A stretch of DNA of 64,000 bases from Epiperipatus broadwayi (lineage: Eukaryota > Animalia > Onychophora): NCBI GenBank assembly GCA_028023455.1, contig JAQFVV010000001.1, positions 2,108,001 through 2,172,000 of the forward strand. The letters are read 5' to 3'. A model generated the notes under the pieces. It saw only the letters and a program-made list of their open reading frames with translations, was not told the origin of the DNA and did no database searches. A program made the position numbers and the translations under genes. This document shows positions 22,050-35,255 of the stretch, in pieces (the stretch's first letter is position 1; every line of letters starts with the position of its first letter).

Positions 22050-24160
22050 TTTATACGAACAGTATTTCACCGAATAATCATTACATTATTATCTATATAT
22101 ATATATTTTTAAATAGGGTTCCCCTCTACCAATTTTACATAAATCGCTTATTTTCTACCATCCTGGTATTTCAGATTCCAAGCAAGCTCATTTATTGGTA
22201 AGTAAATAAATATCTATTTAATCGTTAGCTAGAGAATAAAACAAAGGAAAATTATATATATTATTCTGGAACTTACGCATTAGTCGGAGGCGAAATTTTA
22301 GTCTTCATTAAAATCATTGATTATCTATGATTGCTAAATATTTAGTAGTATGTTTTATTTAATTAATTAAGTTATTGAAGGTCTGTAAAGCATTTTTATA
22401 TCTACTATACATTTTTTTAGTTAATTTTAGCTCATACTGACCTACTTATGCTTTAAAAATGGTCATCTTTTGCCATGTAAACAAATTTATACAGAAAGTG
22501 GTTATTTATAACTTTGTTAAAAATGATTCTTTAAATCTTTGAAAGTTAAATTTAATTAAAGAAAACGTACTCTCAAATATTTAGCAATCATAGATAATCA
22601 TAATGATTTTAAGGATTAACATTTCGCCGCCCGGACTAATATGTAACTATCCTAATAGTAATCCCTTGGGATTTGAATTCAGTATTGTTACGACTCCTTT
22701 TTTGTTATACTATATAGGACGCTAGAATGGCTTGCCCCCTTCGTTTTTGGTGTGTATAAGTTGTATATTAGCATAAGACAACACGCTTTAATATATTTTT
22801 ATCTTCAACAGCTGCAAAATTGCTTAAGAAGAAAATACGTTACATATTGGTTTATATTGATAAATTTCCAATTTTTTGATGAAATTACCATTCTATATTC
22901 ATTAAAAAAAATGAGTATCCATAAAAATAATTAAACTAACCTGCAAAAAATTTTCGAATAATGTTGGAATCTTCATAGTAAAGCGAATCTTTAAAATTAA
23001 AATATCCCACTATTAATACTAATAAATATATTAATGCACCTAATCTTATAGGAAACATGATGAAAATAAAAGATTATTATTTTATTCAAATAGGGATTCG
23101 CTATTTATCTTAGCATCATGATGGGATTTCGTTTCCTTTTTTTTTTTTTTAACATCAATAAATAAAAACAATCACGCAATCTAAAGCGTGGTGGCAGTAA
23201 TGCAGTATTTTCTAAAATAATCTCGTTTACAATGAGAACCTTTTCATTGGCTGCCTAAAATTAAAATAAAATGAGGTAAGTCGGAATTGTTGTTCTCTTT
23301 AAAAAAAAAGTCTCGGCGAACTCGCAAGTGCCTTTATTTTTAAAAGTTAATCAAGTAATAATTTTTATGGTTAAAGAATGCAAATATTCTTTTTAGTAAT
23401 TACAACGTTTTAAATAATTTTAACTGAACTAATAAATTACTAAGAAAATACACAGTTTACTAGCTAAAGAAGTAAAAATTTGATAGGTTGTCTCTTTACT
23501 CATACATTGTGTGTTAACTCGTGATATAAAATTTAATTGGAAAAATCTTTTCTGCCTATCTTTTTTATATTAACAAAAACACAATTATTAAAAGAAATGA
23601 AGTAGTCTTGTGTCCAGCAAAGTTTATCTAGATCCTTTCCTGTCAGTTCCAGAGTAAATCGATTTAATGCCCTAACAAAAAATTGTTATTCTTTCCCTCC
23701 CCGAGTAGTTATAAATTAATATAAATTGAAATTCTTTTTTTAAAAAACCGCCGCAAATTTTAAAATAATTTTTAATGTATTATGCCAAATTAGTTATTCA
23801 TGAACTAAAAAGACCTTTTGCCACGTTGAACCTTAGCATAAAATAGCATGGGACAAATTACTATTTACAGTTCATGTCGTCCAGGAATATAGCAACGAAA
23901 TTTGAGAGTATCACTAATACACTAATATGCGTTCTGGGATTTTTTTTATATATACCTGGGTGAGCCCTTATATGAAGAATCTTATTGTATATAAGATTCA
24001 TAATATAGAGTTTCTTCTATTTTATTCAATATCATATCCTACAAGAAAACTGGAAAATTCTAAATTTTTAAAAAGATCTTATCTTTGGTCCAGTGTTTGA
24101 TTACATGGAACATTGCTGTGTTGTTTGTGTACTTATAGTTGAGTTAGATTCGTCTTTAGA
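22050..24160. promoter_or_regulatory. CpG-retaining island (candidate unmethylated promoter region)
   Basis: About 38 CG dinucleotides counted by eye in 2.1 kb, versus about 3 in 4300-6700. Contains ATGAG|GTAAGT at 23271-23281. Confidence 0.5.
22273..22646. repeat. ~70-bp imperfect inverted repeats around a ~230-bp spacer (MITE or fold-back)
   Basis: 22273-22343 is the reverse complement of 22575-22646; no clear TSD. Confidence 0.75.
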
Positions 24161-24212
24161 ACAAAAGTGCATATATATATATGACTTTAATTTTTTACTG
24201 TAAACATATTTG

Positions 24213-24542
24213 TAAAACAGTAGCAAACTATATAGTAGTGCCAGCCATTGCAGGTCTTAGTAATCAATGGATGGCAGGTTTGTACATAAAATTTCTATCT
24301 AGTGCTCACTCATCCAATATCCCAAGATTAATTTCTAGCTTATGGTTTTCATCAGTGAGGAGACTTGGATTTGAGAGCACTGCATCTAAATCTTAGGATA
24401 TAAGGTACAGAATTTATAACATTTTCCTGCATCCATTGATTATTAAGTCTTGTGCTGGTGGCACTATTGTATGGAGAGTTTGCTATTATTTTAACAGCTT
24501 GTGTAATCATAGTAAATGGTGATCATGTGTTTTAGAAGTTTT
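24213..24542 (+). mobile_element. HHR fold-back retroposon family, copy 4 (old)
   Basis: Inverted arm 24213-~24395 containing TCATCAG (CTGATGA on the minus strand); sense 3' end 24421-24542. Confidence 0.8.
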
Positions 24543-24739
24543 AAAAACGTATCCAATATTCGTAAAGAACATGCATAAAATATATAATTAAGAAAGGAAA
24601 ATCATTCTCCTTCAAGCTATAGATGAATAATACTCTATGTTGAACAAAGAATATTGTCAATTTATCCTTTGTTCAAAATAGAGTGCTTTTATCCATAACC
24701 TGGGGGGGAGGGGTGATTTTTTCTTAAAAAGTATAAATA

Positions 24740-25010
24740 TATATAAAAGGAAAAGCTGTATAAAAATAGGAAATATGTATGTATATTTAAGAATATATGT
24801 AAGTATATTTTTATAAAAATACACAATAAAAATAAATTTAATTAAAAATGTTAATTACAAATGCAAGATGGGAATTTAATCTTCTATGGTCTTGTACAAT
24901 TATTTCTCAAAAGTGATTTCCTATTTCTAGGAAAAAGATAGATCAGACCACTCCAAAAAGCATAGCAAGAATCTATAAACCAGAGAACAATTACTGATGT
25001 ATTTTGCCCA
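24740..25010 (+). repeat. Unclassified interspersed repeat; second copy at ~36300-36580
   Basis: Shared blocks TAAAAGGAAAAGCT, TTACAAATGCAA, TTTCTCA..AATGATTTC..TTCTA, GAGAACAATTA. Confidence 0.55.
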
Positions 25011-25270
25011 AATATATTTGTGGCTTTTTAAAATCAAGAGATTCCTATCTTTGAAAATTAGAAAGCTGGTAGAGAAAACCATGCATATCATTCTGATCTG
25101 ATGATTTTGGTGTAAGCCTTCAGTTTTAATAATAATAGTACATTTAAAAAATGTAATGTATTAAGTGATATGTCTATGTTAGATATGTAAATAATAATAG
25201 ATGTAATGTCATGATCTATTTCTTTTTGTAGCTTTTACAAAATCCTCCGCTAAAAACTCATTTATGTATG

Positions 25271-25370
25271 TAGTCAAGCATTGGTGGATGAGTGGTTAGC
25301 ACAGCTGCCTTACAAGCAGTTATCCCGGGTTCGCTTCCCGGCCAATGCTTTGACACATGAAAAAAAAAAA
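25271..25370 (+). pseudogene. Retroposed pre-tRNA-Gly(TCC)-derived pseudogene; tRNA body 25278-25349, anticodon now TAC
   Basis: GCATTGG TG GATG AGTGGTTA GCAC A GCTGC CT TAC AA GCAGT TATC CCGGG TTCGCTT CCCGG CCAATGC matches the Gly-TCC scaffold. 7-nt leader, ~10-nt trailer, A11 tail, 13-bp TSD TCATTTATGTATG at 25258-25270 and 25371-25383. Confidence 0.85.
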
Positions 25371-25599
25371 TCATTTATGTATGAATATTGTGGTGGAGTA
25401 GTAAAGATTAATTATTTGTATTCCTAAATATTGATTGTTAAAAGATTATTGAATTAAAATAAATTGATCTAAATGGTATGTGTAAATTCCTTCCATTAAT
25501 ATTCTATAAACATTGATGCATAATTAGCTAATAGTCACTTGCCAAAATGCCTAGAATAACTTCAGCTGTGCTAGTGTGGTCTTAAAGCTAATTAAGTCA

Positions 25600-27300
25600 T
25601 GACTCATCATTGTTGACAACCTCCACTATTTTCTGAATTTAGCAAATTGGCATAGTTTGTCTTTAATGACATGATTAATATACTGTGTGGAGATACAACG
25701 ACTAACCTAGTCAATTGATTCAGACTAACTTAATGATTAAATTATGAATGAAATAAATCAACAGATTGCCTAAGTAGCAGTTGCCACAAAAGTTAATTAG
25801 GCAATACAACTGTTTTTGATTAAAAATGGCACCATGGATGAATTTGACATGAATAATATATCAGAATGACTGTAATTTGTGCATATTGAGAAGTTTCTAG
25901 TAGGTAATAAAATAAAGATTAGTGTCACATATTATTAATCTCAGGGCAAATGTCTTTTGGTGAAGTTATTGAAATGCTAAACAGATATTTTAACCATCGC
26001 TTTTTATGGCCTATTGTCTGCCTTCATTTCTAGAACAATCCTTAACAAATTAAGATCATGATGCCACTTGCTATAGTCTGAAAATATATGTATGTGACAG
26101 CATGGAATAGTAACCTCTTAAACAATTATTATGGTGAATGAATGAGAGTGAGCTTAAACAACAGTTGTTGAGTGTGTTGTAGTTAATATAAAGTTCAGCC
26201 TCAAAAAAACATTTAGCATATGAGTCAGTTGTGGATTAAATTAGAGAGTTCTAAGCTCTTAATGGACAAGCCAGATTACAGACATCTGTTGAAAAATTAT
26301 TGTAAATAGGCCAAAAAGAATAGCTATAGAAAATGGGCCATTAAATAAAAAATTGTAATTTAAAAAATGAGTATCATCAGATCTGTGGAGTTAAGTCATA
26401 TTGCTTAAGACTTCTCTAAAAAATGCTGAATGGCGGGGGGGGGGACCAATGAACAATCAAATTAGTTTATGAACATATACAAATAAAAAGTCTTGAGCAA
26501 ATTATGCTGAAGACATTCATTTGTAGGCACAAGCTCTGCATTGAGATTGATGACAAATTGGGTTCATCCATAATATCAAAATGAGATTAGTACTCCATTG
26601 CCACAATAAAAACCCACTCATAGACAAAAATGGATCTAAGAGCAAAAGATAGAAGTTTAATAAACATTAATGAAATTTAAACAGTCAAATTAGAAAATCT
26701 GCCATTTATGTTATTATGACAGAATTGATTATTTTACTAGCTGAAAATTGTTTGGGCTTATAGTATATTTCTTGAAAAAAGTGGAAATGAAAATATTGCA
26801 AAATTGGTTTGTGGAAGGTATGCTGATGCCAAAAGAAACAGGTCAGATTTAGAGCTAAAGTAAATAGTGCTAAATGTACTTTGGATATAAGAGAATCGGT
26901 TGTGTTAGAGAAAGAGAAATTGGTTGTACCTGAAAAATTAAATGCATTGGAAAAGACTCCATAAACCAGACAAGATTTTAGATTTTGCCATAAAAAAATC
27001 TTATATGCCAACATGTTGCCAAAGATTGCAGATGCATGCCTCATCGAGAAGAAATTGAAATTGTTTTAATATGATGGCATTAGCTATACAGAACAGCTCC
27101 ACAATAGCAAAGTGAATAAGAGTTGACCAAGGACACCAGTTGTTAAGTAAATGAATCGGGATCATCGAGCTAAATTGTTGCACCAGTAATAAAAATCTAT
27201 ATATAATGGCTATAATATCTGTATTTATCTCATCAAATGGCATAAAAATAATTCTTCAGCTTCTCCACAAGCAATACTGGGAATTGCAAAAGTTATTGTT
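25600..27300 (-). mobile_element. Possible highly decayed hAT transposase relic (ZMYM1/TTF-type)
   Basis: Only scattered minus-strand echoes of C..H.LNL and KLCPTRW-like motifs across frameshifts; boundaries uncertain. Confidence 0.3.
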
Positions 27301-28029
27301 AGATCTTATATATAATAGCCAGGATTGAATAATGACATAGAGGGATAAAGTATGTGGTGGTGTTACTTGATAATGAGATTGCTGATAAAGAATTGGAAGC
27401 TTGGCCATAAAACATTGAAGTCAAGGTTAACATCCGCTTTGACCATGAGGGCCATTTAAGAGCCACATATTGTAATATTTTATGCATACTTTAAATTGAC
27501 TATGGCAAACCTATTGCACAAGAAAATTTTGTTGGTATGTATAAATGATCTATTGGCCTATATATGTATTAAAATTATTTATTAATGGTTATCATAAAAT
27601 TTTGTGTGAAAGAAATGAACAAAAATTGTTTTTTTTTTTTTTTGGACATAATGCACGGTTTTGCAGTAGATTTTTATCTCTCATTTATATGTGTGTATGA
27701 CCAGCATGCTAGCAATGCAAGTATATTTGTGCCTAAGAGTAGTGAATATAATGCTGAAGTGGACATTAAAGTGTGGATACATTTTAAAGTAATTATTATA
27801 TTTATACTTATGAAGACTTTTAAAAATTAATTTTATAGATTTTTCTAAATTTTTTTTTTTTTTTTAGAATTTTTTTTTTTTTTGCTGTTCTACTTAACAT
27901 TGCAAGAGAAAATAAAAAAATAAAAACTATTGGACTCAAGTAGCAGAGAATTCTAAAATTGATGAAAAGAAGAATATGGAGGATTAATAAGGGCAATAAT
28001 GTGCAGAACCTCATCAGCAAAATGGCATT

Positions 28030-29350
28030 GTGAAACAAAACCATAAATCTTTTCTTGGATAAAAATAAAGAAAAATAAAAAGAATTTTGTATTCAAACCA
28101 TTTCAAATAGAAATGCTCAATCAACATCAATAATTAAATATGTCGGCAGTCAGTCAAATATAACTGCTGTTAGTTATATTACCTCAAATGTAATTATCAA
28201 ACATGGAAAATCTTTTGAAGATGGTGAATATCCAAAAGAAGCATGGTTAAAATTTTTGAAAATTTTGAAAACAAAGAAAAAATTATTCAAAGAATAAAAA
28301 TGTCTTTATCTAGAAGTACAGTAAAAGATAGAATCTCGGAAATGGCTAAAAATATAGCCCATGAGCAAAAAATAGATATAAAATTTTCCAGTGTCAGTTC
28401 TCTTTGTCTTTGTGATATTACTGATATAACTTGACCAGCTAGTTTAGCTATTTTTATTTGTTATTGTATTAAGAACAATATTAAGAAAGAATTAAGCAGT
28501 CTATCGTCATTAGTAACGGTGACGAAAGGAATTGTTATTTATATAACAATAACAAGAGATGGTTCTCTCAGTATAACTGAGTAGGAAAATGTTTTTTTCA
28601 ATTTAGTTACTAAAGTTATTAGACATTCAGTTCTGGGACTTTGCTGTCTCAAAATATTGGAAAATATGAGCTTTATAAACAAAAATCAGTCAATTTTATA
28701 TTCACATGCGCTTCAAATACAAAAATTTCTGGAACTGTTAAATGAGATAACTCATCATAGGATGATTTATTTAGGTACACTAATGTCTGATAATTAAGTT
28801 GTGGAAAAGTTTTTTAAAAATTTGTTGAGTCTTTAGAGGAAATTAGAAAAATCTGTGAACAACACGGTTAATTAATAGATGTTGAATGGCTTTGTGCTTC
28901 AACTTCAATGAATTAAATATTAAGCTGCAAAGTGTTAATAAAGAGTCGGTCATTATCATGAGTGTTTTAATTGAACCATTTTAATCGTAATGTTATTTCA
29001 AGTAACTAAATATTTCCCAAATACAAAAAAATTTTTTGCATGAATATAAAATCTCACAAGAAACCAAATCAAAATAAATTGACGCAAAAGTTTTCTACTT
29101 TTATTTAGTCAGTGAATTTTCTTCAAGATTTATAGTTCAGACAATTTATATCAAAATTTATTTTATATCCAGACACAACATCAGCAGATAAACTCAATTT
29201 GAAAATTCTTGAGTGGTTGAGTTTGGATGATATAAAATTGCATGTATTGATATGTTCTTTATTTATACATGTAAATGATTATTTTCAGAAATTAATTTTA
29301 TAAAAGTCATATTCAGAAATAGAATGATTGATCATTCTACTTCAACGTGT
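28030..29350 (+). mobile_element. Decayed hAT transposase (Charlie/SPIN, GTF2IRD2-like)
   Basis: KHGKSFEDGEYPKEAW; ENKEKIIQRIKMSLSRSTVKDRISEMA; degenerate catalytic CLCDITDIT (resembling LDESTD); FNELNIKLQ. Confidence 0.7.
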
Positions 29351-29391
29351 ACTATTAAAAATAACATTTAGCATCTAATGTGTAGCAACAA

Positions 29392-29570
29392 AAATCTCAA
29401 AACATTACATGATCACCATTTCATGTTTACACATGCTCTTAATAATAGTACCAAACTCTCAATACAGTAGTATCACCAAGTGCAAGCCTTTTTAATCATA
29501 TACAAACCTTCCTGCATCCATTTATTATGAAGGCTTGCACTTGGTGTCACTACTGTATGGAGAGCCTCTT
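29392..29570 (-). mobile_element. HHR fold-back retroposon family, copy 5
   Basis: 3' tail on the minus strand (CATGATCACCATTTC on plus) plus an inverted segment GGCTTGCACTTGGTGTCACTACTGTATGGAGAG. Confidence 0.8.
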
Positions 29571-30559
29571 GAAATATCATGCATGTGCAGCCTGTGTGCT
29601 GTTACTGACAGTTGAATGTGTTTGGAGTATTTAAATGGGGTTAAATTTTTCTAGAGACATTCAGTGCTCGTGTTGGATGATGTTAGTGGTCCAATATATA
29701 AATAATATTTAAATCGTATATTTTCAATGAGTAGATATATTTATTTTAGAACAGAGAATTAATTTTTATTTATGAATATTGTCAAGAAGCTAACTAGTTT
29801 TATAAACTATTAAGCATTTAAATATATTGCATTTTGAAATTAATGTTCTTGCATATAATGATATACATGTATATTTTTGAGACAGAACATTTCCACTTCA
29901 TAAACACGATAATTTCTAATCTGATCTCTTTCACTCTCACAAGTTGAACAGATTTTAAGGGTTAAATTTGTTTTTACAATGAAAGAATTTTTAAATAATT
30001 GCTGTTGTCCATAGCAGCAGTTTAATAATTAAGTATCAGTAAAAGTAATAGTGAATATCAGAATCATAGAAGGATGAGGGTGTCATTATATATTTAATAT
30101 TCATTTTATTACAAAATTTTTAAGAGATATCGGCTTTCAATAAGTTCAAAACATTATTTTAATTATAAAGATTTAGATTATTTTGTAGTTGTCTTTTACA
30201 AACTACATCTAAGATATGTTAAAAGAGATTTGGACAGAATGATAGTAAATTAACAAATATATTAATATTTATTATTATTATTATTATCGTTTAACTGTTC
30301 ATCACTAGAGGGCAGATAGTATTTCCTAAGATAAGTTAAAGTTTATATATATATTAATATTATCTAGAGAATTCATTGCTACAAAAATTGTTTGCTTATT
30401 ATGTAGAGGTGGAAAGAAAATTGGAACAGGGAGAGATAGATCTAATTGGATTTGGAAAGATCTGGAATAATATTGATAATGTTTACAAAATGTTTTATTA
30501 CACTATTTTAAATATAGAAGTAAAAAATACTTTTTGTTGTATGTATGTTACTATAAGGA

Positions 30560-33500
30560 GGCTTTAAAATTAAGTTGTATGTAAGATTAGTTTGTTTTTA
30601 GTAAGTTTTCTACTAAAGAATTTTTTAATTTAAGAAAGACGGTGATTTATTTGAGAAAAAAGATAACATTTCGAGGCCCAAGATTGGGAAACTTATGTTT
30701 ATTGATGACCATTGAAAGAAAGGAAAGTTTTTCTCCTTTTGTATAAAGGAGTTGTAGAATAGTAGAGAAAGCATAAAGTTACATATAGAGTAGGAGACTA
30801 GAAACATAAGAAATATGGATTGCATTTGTATCCCACAGTATATATATATAATTGTCAGAAAGAAATTAGGCGTGCTGTGGTAGAGTGTACCATATGTGAT
30901 GAGGTTTCTCATTTGAAATGTAGACTAGGAAGGATTTAACAGGTGTATGATTATGTAGAGTGTGTGTAAATGTGATAAAAGAAGTGAAGAAATGGTTTCT
31001 AAGGGTAGATAGTTTAAAGACAGTCAGGAGAAATGGACCAAAATATAATTGAGGGAAGATAGAATAGATTATGTTTTTAGTGGAGCAATAAGGGATCTGC
31101 ATGATAAAATAAGTAGGGCAATGGAGGTGGTTAACCAATTATTAAGTAAGATAGAGGAAGAGGTAAAGAATGCAGAAGCTAAATTAAAATTATTAGAGAC
31201 CAAGTGTGAACAGATTAATGAATAGAAATGATAAAGAAGAAATAGATAAGGAAGTTCAGAAGATGGAAGAGAATGGTATGGATGAAGTAGGAAAAGTAAA
31301 CTATAGACAGTATTGATAGGAGATTCGCTAATTAGGGGGTATGGAGATGTAAGTGCAAGGGAAAATAGAAACAGGTATGGAAGGATAGGTTTGCTAGGAG
31401 CTAGAAATAGGGATGTTACAAATAAGTTAAAGAAATAAGCAGTAGAGATGTATATGTTATGGTAAGGACAAATAATTTGTCAGAGCCATTGGAGAAAGTA
31501 ATGGATGAGTATATAGAATTGATTAGGAATTTGAGTAAGATTAAAGGAAGAGTAAGAATAGTTGGATTATTACCAAGATTCTACAATAGGTATATGTTAG
31601 ATAGGGCATGTTCTATAAATGAGATTGAAAAAATTATGTGAGAGAAATGATGTTATATTTGTGGATGAGTGGGATCTTTTTATTAATAAGAGGGAGTTAT
31701 ATAGTAAAGATGGATTGTACTTAGTGAAACAAGGAAGTAAAGTATTAGAGAGTTTGATTTATAAAGAATATTACAGTTTGAGAAAATTATAAAGGGGGGT
31801 AGGGTTTTAAATTGCAATATTATCAAAAAGAAGAATGGATGGTATGTAAGAAATAAACAAAGGATAGCTGATTTGGATATAAGTATAGATCAGGAGAGGG
31901 AATGGGTCTGTAAAATTAATGGTAATCAAGTTATTTACAAATGTAATGGAGAAAAAAGAGTCTAAAGAATTTATAAAAGGATAGGAAAGAAGAAATTGTT
32001 AAAATTGTATATTTGAATATGCAAGCTGGTAGGAGACCAGAAAAGTGGTTGGAATTAAAGCAGTTAAAAATGAAGAGCTTGAGATATTAGCAGTAGTGGA
32101 AACACATCTAAGAGAAGAAGAACTAATACTGGAAGACGTGGTATGGCAGGGTATAGCTAGAAAAGAAAAAAAGGGGTGGTGTTATAGGAGTTATGTCAAA
32201 AAAATATTTAAATACTGTTGAGTGTCAAGTACATTTGTGGTTTGAGATAGATTAGTAAGACGATTGATGGTGGCTATAATGTATATAACTACTGGAGATA
32301 GTCAAACTATAATGTAGTGGAACAGTAGCATATATGAATGCCTAGTTAAGGATATACAGATTTTCAAAAAAAAAAGGGGGGGGGGAGAAAATAATGGTTA
32401 TAGGGGATATGAATGGGCATATTGAAGGAATTGCTGATATAGATAGAAAAAATGGACAGTTTTTGAACAATTTTTATCAGAGAATGAATTTGAGCATTGG
32501 AAATTTGTCAAATATTTATTGAGGGACAATGCACGTGGTCTAGAAATTATTTCATACGATAGATTATATATTAGTAGAGAAAGAGGGAATGAATAAAGTA
32601 CAGAAAATTAAATTTTGATAATGAGAGAGTATATAATAGTGATCATAATTTCTTTATGATAGAAATGATTAATAATGTGATGAAAAATATTAATAAAAGT
32701 AGAAAGGATAGTGAAAGTTTTGGATGGAGAATGAATAATAAGAATATGTTAGAAGAATATAAATAAAAGAAGAAATCATGGAAGAGTTTGTTTGGGATGA
32801 ATATAAGGACTAGTGTGACGAAATAGAAGATGAGAATATTCAGAAGAATAAAAGGAATAGAAATGTGAGAGTTAGTAAAAGAGAGGAAAAAAGCATGCAG
32901 AGAATATAAGTGCACTATTAAAAATAAAGAAAATGAAAAAGATGTTAATGTTAAATGGGAAAAGTATTTTTTTAAAAAAGGAGTTGGCTAAAGTAGATGA
33001 TTATATAGAGAGAATGAATTAAATAATAAATTGTTGGAGGATATTAATAAAAGTGGAAGAGATGGTAGTAAGAAATTTTGAATATATATTAAAAGAAGGA
33101 ATATAGGGGAGAGAGAAGTAATATTACTAGATGATGAGGGAAGCTCTAGAGATATTCTTAAGTATGTAAGGGATATAGAAAAGATGTTAGATGTGAAGAA
33201 CAGAGTGATAACAAACATGAAAGCATATAGTAATGGGAATATTAGGTTTACAGAAAATGCGGCAGGGAAGAAATTGAAAAGTGGGAAAGCAAGAGGTTTA
33301 GATGGATAGTGATGAATTTAGGAAATAGGGCAAAATTAAACATTATCATGTTTTAATAAAATGGCACAGAAGAGAAAATTTTCAGATAGCTAGAATAATA
33401 CAAGAATAAGCTTCATATTTAAAGAAAAGGGTAAGATCATAGAAAGTTAAACAATTATAGACCGATAGCGGTAATGTCAGTATTATATAAAGTTTTCGCA

Positions 33501-35255
33501 TATATGTTAGCTGGATGGGTTGCAAAGTGGATGGAAGAAAACAATATAGTGGAAGAAATGCAAGGCGGTTTTTTGATCGGATAGACATATAGAAAATAGT
33601 TTATTTGTAGTTATACAACTTGTAGATATGAGTAGGAATACAGGTAGACAGTTATATATGGTTTTTGTAGATGTAGAGAAGGCATATGATAGAATAAATA
33701 GAAATAAATTATGGTAAGTTTAGTAAGTTTGCGAATGAATGGAACTTTAGGGGTTCTTATTAAGAGATTGTATGCAAATAATTATGTACCAATTAGGAAA
33801 TATAGAATCAGTTAAAGTTAAAAATGGGGTGGGACTAAGGTAAGGATGACCTATGTCACCTATTATGTTTTTGTTACATTTAAGAGAAATGGAGAGAACA
33901 ATAGAAAGAGGGTAGAGATACCATTAATAGGTGGCAAGGGAGTATATACATTATCGGGTCTTTTATTTGTGGATATCTTGTGCACAGAATGTAGAGAAGA
34001 TATGGAAGTTATGCTGAGGACATGCAAGAGTGGGTAAAGAGATTGGGATTAAATTTAGTGAAGAAAAATCAAAAGTAATGATTATAAATACTGGGGAAAG
34101 AAAAGGGAAAGAATTTTTATTGATGGATATAAAATTAAATAGGTACAACTATTTGGGAATTATCTTAAGTAATCAGAGAAATTGCTTGGATGAATGGGAG
34201 AAAAAATTGATAAATGAAGTAAAGAAAAGAAAGGGACTGATAAAGAAATTAACAGTGTTTTTATATAATAAATATGATGTAGTGAGAATTGTATGAGAGT
34301 GGCAGTAGCAGGGTTAACTTATGGTAATGATGTGTTATGTGTTAGTAAAGGGGTGTTAGATTAGTTAGAAAAAGTACAAGAAAAGTAGGAAGACATGCAT
34401 TAGATACAGATGTGTGGATGACAAAGGAGGCAATTCAGGGAGAAACTGGATGGTCAAGTTTTTATATGAGAGATGCAAAATGAAAATGTTCATAGATTAC
34501 AATTTATGGATAATAAGAGAATAGCCAAAATAGTATTCAATTGGGTTATCAGTAAAGGATGGGCTACAAGATGGGTGAGGAAGGTAGTGCAAAGTATGCA
34601 GAAGATTTGGATAAAGAAAATTATGTCAGTATACTTATACAAAAAATAGTATGATTGTGTTAGGAGAATTGTTGAGTATTATAGTGGCAAGGAATGGGAT
34701 AGAAGAGTAAATGCATTAATAAAAAATAGGGAGGTGGAGAGATGGAGAACTACTATGGACAGTAAAAAGAATTTAAATATATATGGAAGTAAACAGAATA
34801 TTGGGTGTGAGTTCATTTATAATAATAGCGAAGAAAGTAGTTTACATTTTAAGGCTTAAACAGGATCTTTAGCAACAAGGGAATATACACATAAATGGAA
34901 TAATATGGGTGAGTTAATCTGCAAGTTATGTAAGGAAGGCAGAAAATATTAGGCATCTGTTAATTGAATGTAAATGCCTGCAAGCAGAAAGGGTACAAAT
35001 AATGAAGTTGTGGGAGAATAAATATAAAGAAAGTGATTTCTTAGTTTTTATGCTGGGTTTGGGCAAAGATAAGGGGGAATTAGATATAAAGGCCATAGAA
35101 TTGACAAAGATTATGTTGTGGATATGGGATGGAGCAGGATAGTGAAGAATATGGGAAAAACTTAGGGTGGCGAATGGAAGGTGCTAACAGGTTCCCCTGG
35201 GTATTATGGCTGAGAGATTCCTGACTGATAAAGGAGAAGCCACAGGGCATCACAT
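30560..35255 (+). mobile_element. Decayed full-length LINE (PHD+esterase ORF1; APE-RT-CCHC ORF2), copy A
   Basis: Colinear with the reverse complement of 36612-41600; ORF1 ATG at 30815; many stops and frameshifts; CATCACAT tail. Confidence 0.9.

Noticed and set aside
25278-25349. Functional tRNA-Val(TAC) or missense-suppressor tRNA
   Set aside because: The D stem does not pair, T-loop A58 is C, and the poly(A) and TSD indicate a retrocopy.
27585-28044. Short ORFs 27585-27830 and 27820-28044
   Set aside because: Low-complexity AT-rich chance ORFs spanning poly-T/A runs; no recognisable domains.
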